Shown here piece by piece: positions 1 through 10,700 of a stretch of DNA of 60,117 bases. Below the pieces are notes generated by a model, which was not told the DNA's origin, did not search any database, and saw only the letters and a program-made list of their open reading frames with translations. Every line of letters begins with the position of its first letter. The stretch's first letter is position 1. A program made the position numbers and the translations under genes. The DNA is from Scyliorhinus canicula (lineage: Eukaryota): contig NW_024055992.1 of the NCBI RefSeq assembly GCF_902713615.1, positions 1 to 60,117 on the forward strand. The letters run 5' to 3'.

Positions 1-44
1 ATTCTAGAAAATAATTGGTTCTATTTGTGGATTTTTAAAAAAGA

Positions 45-212
45 TTCCAATTAAGGGGCAATTTAGCATCGTCAATCCTCCTACCCTGCGCATCTTTGGG
101 TTGCAGACACAGGGAGACTGTGAAAACTCAATACAGACAGTGACCTAAGGCCGGGATCGAACCCAAGTCCTCAGCGCCATGAGGCAGCAGTGCTAGCCAC
201 TGTGTTGCCCCT
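45..212 (-). mobile_element. HE1/V-SINE-like tRNA-derived SINE, partial
   Basis: Reverse complement of the SINE head and V-domain seen in full at 346-683. Confidence 0.8.
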
Positions 213-345
213 AATTGTGGAATTAATTTGCAAACAATAATCTGCCTTGCACACAAATACAGACATTATACATACATGTGAATTCATTTAGAATAGTACC
301 AGGAGATGAAGATCTTCAGTTATCTGGAGAGACAAGAGAATCAGA

Positions 346-683
346 ACGCACAGTAGCACAGTGGTTAGCACTATTGCTTCACAGCACCAGGGCCCTGGGT
401 TCGATTCCCGGCTTGGGTCACTGTCTGTGCAGACGCTGCACGTTCTTCCCGTGTGTGCGTGGGTTTCCTCCGGGTGCTCCGGTTTCCTCCCACAGTCCAA
501 TGATGTGCAGGTTAGGTAGATTAGCCATGCTAAATTGCCTGTAATGTCCAAAGATTAAGGTGGGGTTACTGAGTTTCAGGGATAGGGTGGAGGCGTGAGC
601 TTAAGTAGGGTGCTCTTTCCAAGGGCCGGTATAGACTCAATGGACTGAATGACCTCCTTCTGCACTGTAAATTCTATGATCTA
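346..683 (+). mobile_element. HE1/V-SINE-like SINE, full length
   Basis: tRNA-like head (gtggttagc...ggttcgattcc), V-SINE core (gtgggtttcctccgggtgctccggtttcctcccacagtcc), CR1-like tail (cctccttctgcactgtaaattctatg). Confidence 0.9.
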
Positions 684-998
684 TTTAATGATTCTGATTG
701 CAGAAACATGCAACACAAAATGCGACCATCTGATCCATCGTACCTGTGTTGACTCTTTAAAATAGTTATCCAACTAATCCCACTGACCAAGTCTTTCACC
801 ATGGCCCTGCAGTACCCAATTGCTTACTGTATAAAACAGGCATCTCCACATCCCAGCCTCCTATTTTTTTTCAGATTGTCTTAAATCTGTGCATCCTTTG
901 GTTTTCAGCCCTTTTGCTGCTCAAAACAGTTCCTCTCCATATACTCTATCAAAACTCTTCATGAGTTGAACACCTCAATTCAATCTCGCCTGAATATC

Positions 999-2306
999 TT
1001 AACATTTCTCCCAGATGGTATGTCCGATGACGTGCAGCTTAATTGTGTCATTGCTGATATATTTATCCCACTCAGACAAGGGGATCAGATCATTGATCTG
1101 GGTATTCTCAGAGTGCGGGACATTGAGGGTCTTCATGTCATTCACAAACCACATGCCATTGACACATTGGTAAAGCAGAATGCTCAGCTTGTGAGAATGT
1201 GTCTTACCAGCTGGGTCACAATTGCTCACCGAGGCAGAGAGAGTGGAAAACTCATCCTCTTGCTGAATCTCACCATATTGCATGTGACTGTGATAATTCC
1301 TCCTTGGCCATTGGACCCTTTGACCTGTTGGTAAAAAGGAAACACACCATTGAGTCTTCAGTTTGAAGTGGCTGGTCGAGAACGAAGTCAAAGTAGACGT
1401 CTGAAGCTCATATCCACTGATGTTCCAGAGGTGGCTGAAATCTTGTGATGTATACAGCCTCATGGTAAATGGGATGGTGGTAATATCATGGCGTTTGCTG
1501 ATGACATCCATAGGTAAAAGGTGCACTTGGTAGACCAGCAAGCCCTCCCTGTACAGGTAGGTAGAGATTGCCTCGGGTAAGTTCCCTGGGGCTTGGAGAT
1601 CAAACAGTTTCTCTGGGGGCATCATCGGATAGCAAATATGCTGCAGCATTTCCTCAGTATGGGCAGGATGCAGGGACAGCCAACTCACCAGAGCTTGGAA
1701 AAGGACCACTTCATCTTCCACAACCAGGTCAGATCTTTGGAGGAGAGAAGAGAGTTGGTGGGGTTCCATCGATGTCCAGTCTGGGGACTTTATGATGGTG
1801 TCAATGTTCCAGGCTATAAACCGGAGGCATTTCTCTTCCAGTTGGGTCAGGGCAGTCAGCTTGGCATATCTCTGCCATGTGATGGCGCGGTTGGAGGAGC
1901 CCGGGGCAGCCACATTGGCCAACATGAACTGCTGGCAGCTTTCTCTCAGCTCCTGGACGTTGTACTTTTCTGACAGAAGGTGAAGGGGAAGCACATTCAC
2001 GGTGCTGAGGGTGACACTCCCGCTGTAGAGATACCTCAGGAAATCCTGGAAGTGATCCAGGCAGTCCTCTTCCTCAGTGAGGTGGACAGTCTGGTCTTTA
2101 GCATCCGACCAACGCTCAGTGTCCAACAGGGTCCTGAAGACGTCACTGCGCACGACCAGGATGAACTTGTGGGCGTTCAGTGTGAGCTTTTTGTTCACAA
2201 TCAGTTTGATGTCGCTGAAATCCTCCTTGTTGAACAGGGCAGAGAGGGTATTAACGAAGCTAGTCTGGTTATCTAGACTCTCCAATGGCCCAGTGACATC
2301 CATCAT
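999..2306 (-). CDS. BTB/POZ-BACK domain protein, BTBD17-like, 435 aa, possible C-terminal MATH/TRAF-like domain
   Basis: Open 435-aa frame with BTB signature (FSDIKLIV...LNAHKFILVVRSDVFRTLL...FQDFLRYLYSG...LSEKYNVQELRESC) and BACK signature (LEEKCLRFIAWN...LLQRSDLVVEDEVVLFQALVSWL). On the minus strand the ATG is directly preceded by a splice acceptor (tgtttgcacttcactgacAG|ATG), so an upstream exon is likely. Confidence 0.88.
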   Translation of the reverse strand: MMDVTGPLESLDNQTSFVNTLSALFNKEDFSDIKLIVNKKLTLNAHKFILVVRSDVFRTLLDTERWSDAKDQTVHLTEEEDCLDHFQDFLRYLYSGSVTLSTVNVLPLHLLSEKYNVQELRESCQQFMLANVAAPGSSNRAITWQRYAKLTALTQLEEKCLRFIAWNIDTIIKSPDWTSMEPHQLSSLLQRSDLVVEDEVVLFQALVSWLSLHPAHTEEMLQHICYPMMPPEKLFDLQAPGNLPEAISTYLYREGLLVYQVHLLPMDVISKRHDITTIPFTMRLYTSQDFSHLWNISGYELQTSTLTSFSTSHFKLKTQWCVSFLPTGQRVQWPRRNYHSHMQYGEIQQEDEFSTLSASVSNCDPAGKTHSHKLSILLYQCVNGMWFVNDMKTLNVPHSENTQINDLIPLSEWDKYISNDTIKLHVIGHTIWEKC

Positions 2307-2418
2307 CTGTCAGTGAAGTGCAAACAGTCAATAATTAGCACTAACTAACCAGGAGCAAGGAGACAGTGAGCAGGGATAATGGAAACCAATGGAGAGCAGA
2401 ATGTTACTAACGGAGCCT

Positions 2419-4216
2419 CCTCACCCCAGCCTTCAGCCAGGGATCTGTACTGGGGTCTCAGACACCCTCACCCCAGCCTTCAGCCAGGGATCTGTACTGG
2501 GGTCTCAGACACCCTCACCCCAGCTAGGGATCTGGACTGGGGTCTCAGACACCCTCACCCCAGCCTTCAGCCAGGGATCTGTACTGGGGTCTCAGACACC
2601 CTCACCCCGGCCTTCAGCCAGGGATCTGTACTGGGGTCTCAGACACCCTCACCCCAGCCTTCAGCCAGGGATCTGGACTGGGGTCTCAGACACCCTCACC
2701 CCAGCCTTCAGCCAGGGATCTGTACTGGGGTCTCAGACACCCTCACCCCCCTTCAGCCAGGGATCTGTACTGGGGTCTCAGACACCCTCACCCCAGCCAG
2801 GGATCTGTACTGGGGTCTCAGACACCCTCACCCCAGCCAGGGATCTGTACTGGGGTCTCAGACACCCTCACCCCAGCCTTCAGACAGGGATCTGGACTGG
2901 GGTCTCAGACACCCTCACCCCAGCCTTCAGCCAGGGATCTGTACTGGGGTCTCAGACACCCTCACCCCGGCCTTCAGCCAGGGATCTGTACTGGGGTCTC
3001 AGACACCCTCACCCCAGCCTTCAGCCAGGCTGTACTGGGGTCTCAGACACCCTCACCCCAGCCTTCAGCCAGGGATCTGTACTGGGGTCTCAGACACCCT
3101 CACCCCAGCCAGGGATCTGTACTGGGGTCTCAGACACCCTCACCCCAGCCTTCAGCCAGGGATCTGGACTGGGGTCTCAGACACCCTCACCCCAGCCTTC
3201 AGCCAGGGATCTGTACTGGGGTCCCAGACACCCTCACCCCAGCCTTCAGCCAGGGATCTGTACTGGGGTCTCAGACACCCTCACCCCAGCCTTCAGCCAG
3301 GGATCTGTACTGGGGTCTCAGACACCCTCACCCCAACCTTCAGCCAGGGATCTGTACTGGGGTCTCAGACACCCACCCCAGCCTTCAGCCAGGGATCTGT
3401 ACTGGGGTCTCAGACACCCTCACCCCAGCCTTCAGCCAGGGATCTGTACTGGGGTCTCAGACACCCTCACCCCAGCCTTCAGCCAGGGATCTGTACTGGG
3501 GTCTCAGACACCCTCACCCCGGCCTTCAGCCAGGGATCTGTACTGGGGTCTCAGACACCCTCACCCCAGCCTTCAGCCAGGGATCTGTACTGGGGTCTCA
3601 GACACCCTCACCCCAACCTTCAGCCAGGGATCTGGACTGGGGTCTCAGACACCCTCACCCCAGCCTTCAGCCAGGGATCTGGACTGGGGTCTCAGACACC
3701 CTCACCCCAGCCTTCAGCCAGGGATCTGTACTGGGGTCTCAGACACCCTCACCCCAGCCTTCAGCCAGGGATCTGTACTGGGGTCTCAGACACCCTCACC
3801 CCAGCCTTCAGCCAGGGATCTGTACTGGGGTCTCAGACACCCTCACCCCAACCTTCAGCCAGGGATCTGGACTGGGGTCTCAGACACCCTCACCCCAGCC
3901 TTCAGCCAGGGATCTGGACTGGGGTCTCAGACACCCTCACCCCAACCTTCAGCCAGGGATCTGGACTGGGGTCTCAGACACCCTCACCCCAGCCTTCAGC
4001 CAGGGATCTGTACTGGGGTCTCAGACACCCTCACCCCAACCTTCAGCCAGGGATCTGGACTGGGGTCTCAGGCACCCTCACCCCAGCCTTCAGCCAGGGA
4101 TCTGGACTGGGGTCTCAGACACCCTCACCCCGGCCTTCAGCCAGGGATCTGTACTGGGGTCTCAGACACCCTCACCCCAACCTTCAGCCAGGGATCTGTA
4201 CTGGGGTCTCAGACAC
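2419..4216. repeat. Minisatellite, 47-bp unit GCCTTCAGCCAGGGATCTGTACTGGGGTCTCAGACACCCTCACCCCA, roughly 38-39 copies with 40-bp deletion variants
   Basis: Unit read directly and repeated head-to-tail; variants tgt/tgg, cagcc/caacc/cggcc and units lacking CCTTCAG. Confidence 0.97.
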
Positions 4217-4449
4217 TCACTACATTTATGAACAAGTTGGGTGAAAGACTAAAGAATATATTTCTTCGGTCGCTGATGACACTAAAAGGTGATAAAATAA
4301 GTAATGTAGGTGCGATACAAAATAGAAGGAAGTTACACTGGGACGTTGTTCCAGGTTAAGTGATTGGATCAAACTTTAGTGGACGGAATTCTGAATGCTG
4401 GGAAGCGAGGAGCGGATGAGCAGAAAATTTAAGCATCCAAATCAGCTCG

Positions 4450-4670
4450 ACAGATAGAAAAATAATGTTGCAAGGTAATGGATTGTTGGCCTTTACCTGG
4501 AGGGAATTGGATTACAAATATGTTGACCTTGTGTTTCAATGAAACAGAGATCTGTTTCCATACATCTGGAGGCTGTGCTCAGTTCTGGGCACAACACAGG
4601 AAGAATATATATTGGCCTTTGAAGATGCAGCACAGATTCACGGGAACGTTTGGCATAAAAGTCTCGGCTC
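4450..4670 (+). mobile_element. CR1 LINE ORF2 C-terminal fragment, decayed
   Basis: Similar to the CR1 segments encoding LEYCVQFWSPH elsewhere in the window. Confidence 0.55.
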
Positions 4671-4739
4671 ACTGAAGAAGAGGCGTCAATCTCTCCTCCT
4701 GTACAACAAGGTATAATTTCAATCGTCCTGTTTGATATA

Positions 4740-4960
4740 GGATTCTTTCTCTAAATCTCTCTATTTCCGTCTCCTGTTCTGTGTCTTTCTCTCTACTCTG
4801 TCTCTACTCTTTCTGTCTCTTACATGTGTTTTCTGTCGCTACCTCTCTTCCTACCCGCTCTATATCTGCCTCTTCTGTCGTCTCTTTGTCTCGCCTTCTC
4901 TTTCTGTCTTTACCTCCCTCTCAGTGTCTCTCTCTATCCCTGTCTCTTCCATTATCGCTT
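4740..4960. repeat. CT-rich low-complexity tract
   Basis: Degenerate (CT)n/(TCTC)n run. Confidence 0.8.
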
Positions 4961-5179
4961 CTCCTATTGCTGACATGTAATGCAGGAAAATGCTACAGTA
5001 AAGTAATGAGGTCTCACCAATGATTGAACGAACGACACTATTACAGCCGGCAGGAACCTTTAGCTCCTCACTTTCACTTTCACTTCCTGGTTCTGACAAG
5101 TCTCAGTGGGCGGGAACAATAACGTCCACGTCTCACACTCAGGAAGCTCCAACATAAAACCCTCAATAACAAACTTAAT

Positions 5180-5512
5180 GATAGAATCTCTACAGTGCGA
5201 TGGAAGCCATTCGGCCCATCGAGTCTGCACCGAACCTTGGAAAGAGCACCCTACTTTGGCCAACGCCCAGACCCTATCCCCAAAATTCAGTAACCCCACC
5301 TAATCTTTTTGGACGCTAAGGGGCAATTTTGCTTGGCCAATCCACCTAACCTGCACATCTTTGGACGTTGGGGAAAACTGGAGCACCTGGAAGAAACCAC
5401 ACAGACACAGGGAAAACGTGCAAACTCCACACAGTCACCCGAGGTCGGAATTGAACCCGCGTCCCTGGCACTGTGAGGCAGCAGTACTAACCACTGTGCA
5501 GCCGTGTCACCC
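5180..5512 (-). mobile_element. HE1/V-SINE-like SINE, full length
   Basis: Reverse complement of the 346-683 element. Confidence 0.88.
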
Positions 5513-5554
5513 CAAACTACCAAGGCAGGACTCGAATCTGTTGTCTTCTGACAT

Positions 5555-6765
5555 CACAACTAGAATCGCCGAAGTCAGACGTAGTTGATGTAGCTTACAT
5601 GTATTTCAGCAAAGCATTTGACAGCTCTCGCGTGGGAGACTTATAGAAGGCAAATGCACATGGGGATACAGGGAACTTGGTCAGGTGGATTCAAAGCTGG
5701 CTTAGCTGTGGGAGATAGAGGATGATGACAGACGGCTGCTTCAGTGACTGGAAGCCAGTGTCCAGTGGGGTACCACAGGGATCTGTGCTGGGTCCCCTAT
5801 TATTCATCATTTATATAAATGACTTAGCTGACGATGTGGCCGATAGGATCAGTAGGTTTCTGGATGACACAGTGATAGGCTGAGTGATTAACAGTGAGGT
5901 TGAGTGTCTTGGGTAACAGGAAGATATAGACGGGATGGTCAAATGGGCAGAAAAGTGGCAAATGGAATTAAACCCTGAGAAGTCTGAGGTGACACACTTT
6001 GGAAGGAGTAGTTTGACAAGGAAGCATTCAATGCATGGCACCACACTGGGAAGTCCTGAGGAACAAAGAAACCTTGGCGTGTGTGTAAATAGATCTCTGA
6101 AGGCAGAAGGACAGATAAATAGGGTGGTGAAAAAGGGCATATGGTACACTTTCCTTTATCAATCATGGCATAGATTACAAAAGCAAGGAAGTCCTTTTGG
6201 AGTCATGTAGAACATTGGTGAGACCACAGCTGGGGTACTGCATGCAGTTCTGGTCACTACATCATAGGAAGGATGTGATTGCTCTGGAGCACGTGCAGAA
6301 GTATTTCACCAGGATGTTGCCTGGGATGGAACATTTTAGTTATGACGAGAGGTTGGATAGGCTTGGGTTGTTTTCGATGGAGCAGAGAAGACTGAGGGGT
6401 AACTATATCGAGGTGTACAAGATTATGAGGGGAATGGACAGACTAGATAGGGAACAGCTGTTCCCCTTATCTGGCGGGTCGGTTACATGGGGGACACAAG
6501 TTCAAGGTGAGGGCTGGGAGGCTCAGGGGGGATTTGAGGAAAACCTTTTTACCTAGATGGTGCTGATGGTCTGGAATTCACTGCCTGGGAGGGTGGTAGA
6601 GGCGGGTTGCCTGATATCCTTTATAAAGTACCTGGATGAGCACTTGGCATTCGAGACTATGGGCCAAGTGCTGGCCAATGGGATTAGGATTGGCAGATCA
6701 GGTGTCTTTCATGCAGCAGTGCAGATTCAATGCGCAGAAGGGCCTTTTCTGCACTGTATTTTTAT
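5555..6765 (+). mobile_element. CR1 LINE 3' fragment (RT C-terminal half and tail), frameshifted
   Basis: ORF pieces [10 protein letters not shown]-like, MVKWAEKWQMELNPEKSEVTHFG, LVRPQLGYCMQFWSLH; tail gggccttttctgcactgtatt. Confidence 0.9.
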
Positions 6766-7167
6766 ATGATTCTTGCCTTATGCATTAGGCCACGGCTAAG
6801 AGAGAAAAACTTCCGAAGAGCATCAATGGTGCGCAATATCAGGCAAAACGGAATGCTTGCCAAGCCAAAGAAGGGGGAGGTAAGAGCAGAATCCCGATCA
6901 GTGAAGTGGGTTTAGCATCCAGTTCTCCCTCACATCACTTCTCTCAACCCTCTCCATTGAATCCAAAATTTCACACTGGGTGTCTGACACCCAATTCCTG
7001 ATTGACAAAAATCTCCAAATGAATACTAGCAAGAGTAAACCTGTTGTATTGTGTGAGGGGAGAGAGGAACATGTGGACAAGGGATGTAGATTAAGTGAGA
7101 CGGAGACTGAGTGAGACGGAGACTGAGTGAGGAATTGGGAATTGGGGTCAGGTGGGAATTCAATGCA

Positions 7168-7348
7168 CAGGGGCTAAGTTTAGCTCGGCTCACTCAGCTA
7201 AATTGCTGGCTTTTAAAGCAGACCAAGCAGGCCAGCAGCACGGTTCGATTCCCGTACCAGCCTCCCCGGACAGGCGCCGGAATGTGGCGACTGGGGGCCT
7301 TTCACAGTAATTTCATTGAAGCCTACCCGTGACAATAAGCGATTTTCA
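7168..7348 (+). mobile_element. Short tRNA-like SINE, third family (other copies 34122-34258 and 55295-55468, both minus)
   Basis: Shared sequence ggttcgattcccgtaccagcctccccg...aggcgccggaatgtggcgact...ggg..tttcacagtaa; B-box-like GGTTCGATTCC. Confidence 0.75.
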
Positions 7349-7793
7349 TAAGAGGGCCTCTTTCTTTTCTCTACTTTTTTCAGCCTCCAGCAGTTTGTGG
7401 GTTTCCTTCCTTGCTCCATGTTAGGTGAGCGCAACTTTCTATTACTGTATCTGTATCAATGATTAACCAATTGACTAATTAGGTAAATAACGTTGGACAG
7501 AAACGGCAGGGCTGGTGGTGTGGAATGCACTGGAATCCCATACAACCATATCTGCAGAAAGTTTCTGCAGTTTCGACTCAGAGATGCTGAGCTGGGGTTT
7601 GGTTTGTGGACATTGTGGGGCATCAGGGAGGGGCCAGAGTTACCTGGCACCTTGTTCAAGGAGGCACTCACTCCCCTCAGGTTAGGCAGGAATTTAGAAT
7701 TGGTCAATGGTTAGGGACCAGAGGATGTGAGTGCGAGTCAGGAACCAGCATGTACTGATGGAGGAGCTTCAGCCGTTAACTTTGTCCAACAGG

Positions 7794-10700
7794 GGGGACT
7801 TCCGGTTGCGGCTATGACCAGCTAAGTCGCACATTTGGCAGCTCCTGCGACAAAGGTGTTTAAGGGCCGATTGGAGGGCCCCGACGGTACTGTAAAGACG
7901 AATCCCGGTGGGGGAAGGCTCCCTGAGGAGAGTGAGACCAACTTTATGGTCGGTACTCGGAGTGGGGCGACAAAAAAAGCGGCAGCAGCTCCCCGAAAAA
8001 AGCGGGGAAGAGGACCAAAATGGCGGCCGGGTGGCGCACTAGAAGATTGGAGAAAATGGGCGGAGGAGCAGCAGGCCGCTCTCCTCCGTGTGTTTACGGA
8101 GCTGAAAGTGGAACTCTTGAGTCTATGAACGCGACGACCACAAGGCTGATGGGGGCCCAGGCGACCCAAGAGGCGTCGATAAGAGAGCTGCAGCAGGAGA
8201 TGACTGCAAGGGAGGAGGAGGCCACGGTCCTCGTGGGAAAGGTGGAGGTGCACGAGGCACTCCACCTGAAATGGCAGAGCCGCTTTGAGGAGCTGGACAC
8301 TCGAATGAGGCGGAAGAACTTGAGGATCCTGGGCCTAGCAGAAGGCCTGGAGGGGCCTGATCTCCCGAAAATATGTAGCGGAGATGCTGAGCTCCCTGAT
8401 GGAGAGGGGGCCGGTCCATCGCCCCTGGAGCTGGAAGAAGCATATCGGGTCATGGGCTAGGCGGCCTAGGGCGAACGAGCCCCCGAGGGCGGTGCTGGTG
8501 CGATTCCAGCGTTTCTGTGATCGGAGAAAGTGCTGAGGTGGGCCAAGAGGGAGAAAAGCAGCAAATGGGAGAATTCGACGGTGGCGGATATACAGGACTG
8601 GAGTGCGGAGGTGGCAAAGCGGCGGGCCCGGTTTAACCGGACGAAGGCGGTGCTGCACGCAAGAGGATCAAGTTCGGAATGCTGCAGGCCAGCGCGCTTG
8701 TGGGTCACCTACAAGGACCAGCACCATTACTTTGAGACCCCAGAGGAGGCATGGACTTTTGTTCGGAGGAAAAGCTGGACCTGAACTAGAACTTGGGAAC
8801 GCCGGCGGTCGAGGCCGCCCGAGTACCCTTGACTGATCAATTGGCCCATGTCTTTCTTAGGCCAGGTCGGAACTTGGTTTAAAGTTGATGGATCGTTTGG
8901 TTTCTTTGAAACTTGTGTTATGGGGGTTTCTTTGTTCCTTTTGTGTGTCTCTTTCCCGTTGCCAACTTCCCTTATTATTGTTGTTGTAGGGGGGGCTTTT
9001 TTTACTGTTTTTGATCTGTTCTTTAAGGGTTATGGTTACTGTTCTGTTCGATGGAGGGTGATGGTTAAATACGTTATTATTGGGTAGTTATTTAGTTATG
9101 CAGGCATAGTTATGTATTTATGTATTTATTTGAGATTTGTTATTATATTGTTATATTGTTAAGTTGGGGAGGCGGGACGGGGGGGTGCAAGTTGGTTATG
9201 CGTGTTTCTTTTTCTCTTTTTTCTTCTTCTCGTTTTAAGGGGGCTTTTTTATGGGCTTGGATGGGGACGGGGGTGGAATTGAAGATGGCGGGTAGGGGTG
9301 TGGCCGGGGGGAAAGCCCGCGCTTTCCCCTGTTTCCCGCGCGCGGGACGGAGGAAGGGGGAGGAGAGAAGAGTGGGGTGTGGCCAGCAATGGCGGCTTTT
9401 CCCGCGCTGAAGCGGGGTCAGAGAGGGATGGCAAGGGGGGGGGGGAGGCCCCTCCCCCCCCACATCGGGAGGAGTCGGAGTGTGGCAGGGGCAGCCGGGT
9501 CAGCGAAAACCAGCTGACTCTCGGGAGTACGATGGTGGATACACCGCGGCTAGGAGGGGTCCTAGCCAGGGGGGGGGGGGGGGAAGGGGGGTTAGGGGGG
9601 GATACCGGGTTGCTGCTGGAAAGGCCGAGGCGGGAAGGGAAGAACGGGAGGAGAGAGGGGGGGGGGGCCATCGCCATGGGGAACGGGTCAGAAGGGGAGG
9701 GTCGACCCGGGGCGAACAGGGGACAGGACATGGCTAATAGACAGGGGAAAGGGACGGGTCGCTCCGCGACCCGGTTGATTACTTGGAACGTGAGGGGGCT
9801 GAATGGGCCGGTCAAGAGATCAAGGGTTTTTCACACCTAAAGGGACTGCAGGCGGATGTGGCAATGTTGCAGGAGACTCACTTGAGAGTAGTAGACCAGG
9901 TACGCCTGAGAAGGGGGTGGGTGGGACAGGTGTTCCACTCAGGCTTGGACGCAAAGAACCGGGGGGTGGCGATTTTGGTGGAAAGAGGGTGTCGTTCGTG
10001 GCGGCGCAGGTGGTAGCAGATAAGGAGGGTAGGTACGTGATGGTGAAGGGTAGGCTGCAGGGAGAGAATGTGGTGCTGGTGAATGTGTATGCCCCGAATT
10101 GGGATGACGCGGGTTTTATGAGGCGCCTGTTGGGCCTCATTCCGGGTCTGGAGGCAGGGGGCCTGATCATGGGGGGGGACTTCAATCCTCGATAGATTGA
10201 GGTTCCCAAAGGTCCAGGAGGAACGGGTGGAGGGGCTGGGGGTGCCGATAGAGCTGCAGGAGCTAGTTAAAGGGATAGGCCAGATGCAGGCGGGGAAGGC
10301 GCCGGGGCCGGATGGGTTCCCGGTGGAATTTTATAAGAAGTATGTGGACTTGGTGGGTCCAGTGCTGGTGCGAGCCTTCAATGAGGCGCGAGAGGGGGGG
10401 GTTCTGCCCCCGACAATGTCACAGGCCCTGATCTCCTTGATCCTGAAGCGGGACAAAGACCCTGTACAGTGCGGGTCCTACAGGCCTATCTCCCTCTTGA
10501 ATGTAGATGCCAAACTGTTGGCAAAGGTCCTGGCAACCAGAATAGAGGATTGTGTGCCAGGGGTAATCCATGAGGACCAGACGGGGTTCGTAAAGGGACG
10601 ACAACTTAACACAAATGTCCGGAGACTGTTGAATGTGATTATGATGCCAGCAGTGGAGGGGGAGGCTGAGATAGTGGTAGCACTGGATGCGGAGAAGGCA

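Noticed and set aside
2419-4216. CRISPR array or Ig switch region
   Set aside because: No unique spacers and eukaryotic context; no AGCT-dense pentamers and no constant-region exon nearby.
2379-4359. 621-aa and 656-aa ORFs as repetitive proteins
   Set aside because: They are translations of the 47-bp minisatellite, cycle through the same three peptides at each indel, and lie antisense in the presumed intron of the BTB gene.
7835-9840. Multiple G/P/R-rich ORFs as host genes
   Set aside because: They are frameshifted L1 ORF1 pieces and translations of the G-rich inter-ORF spacer.
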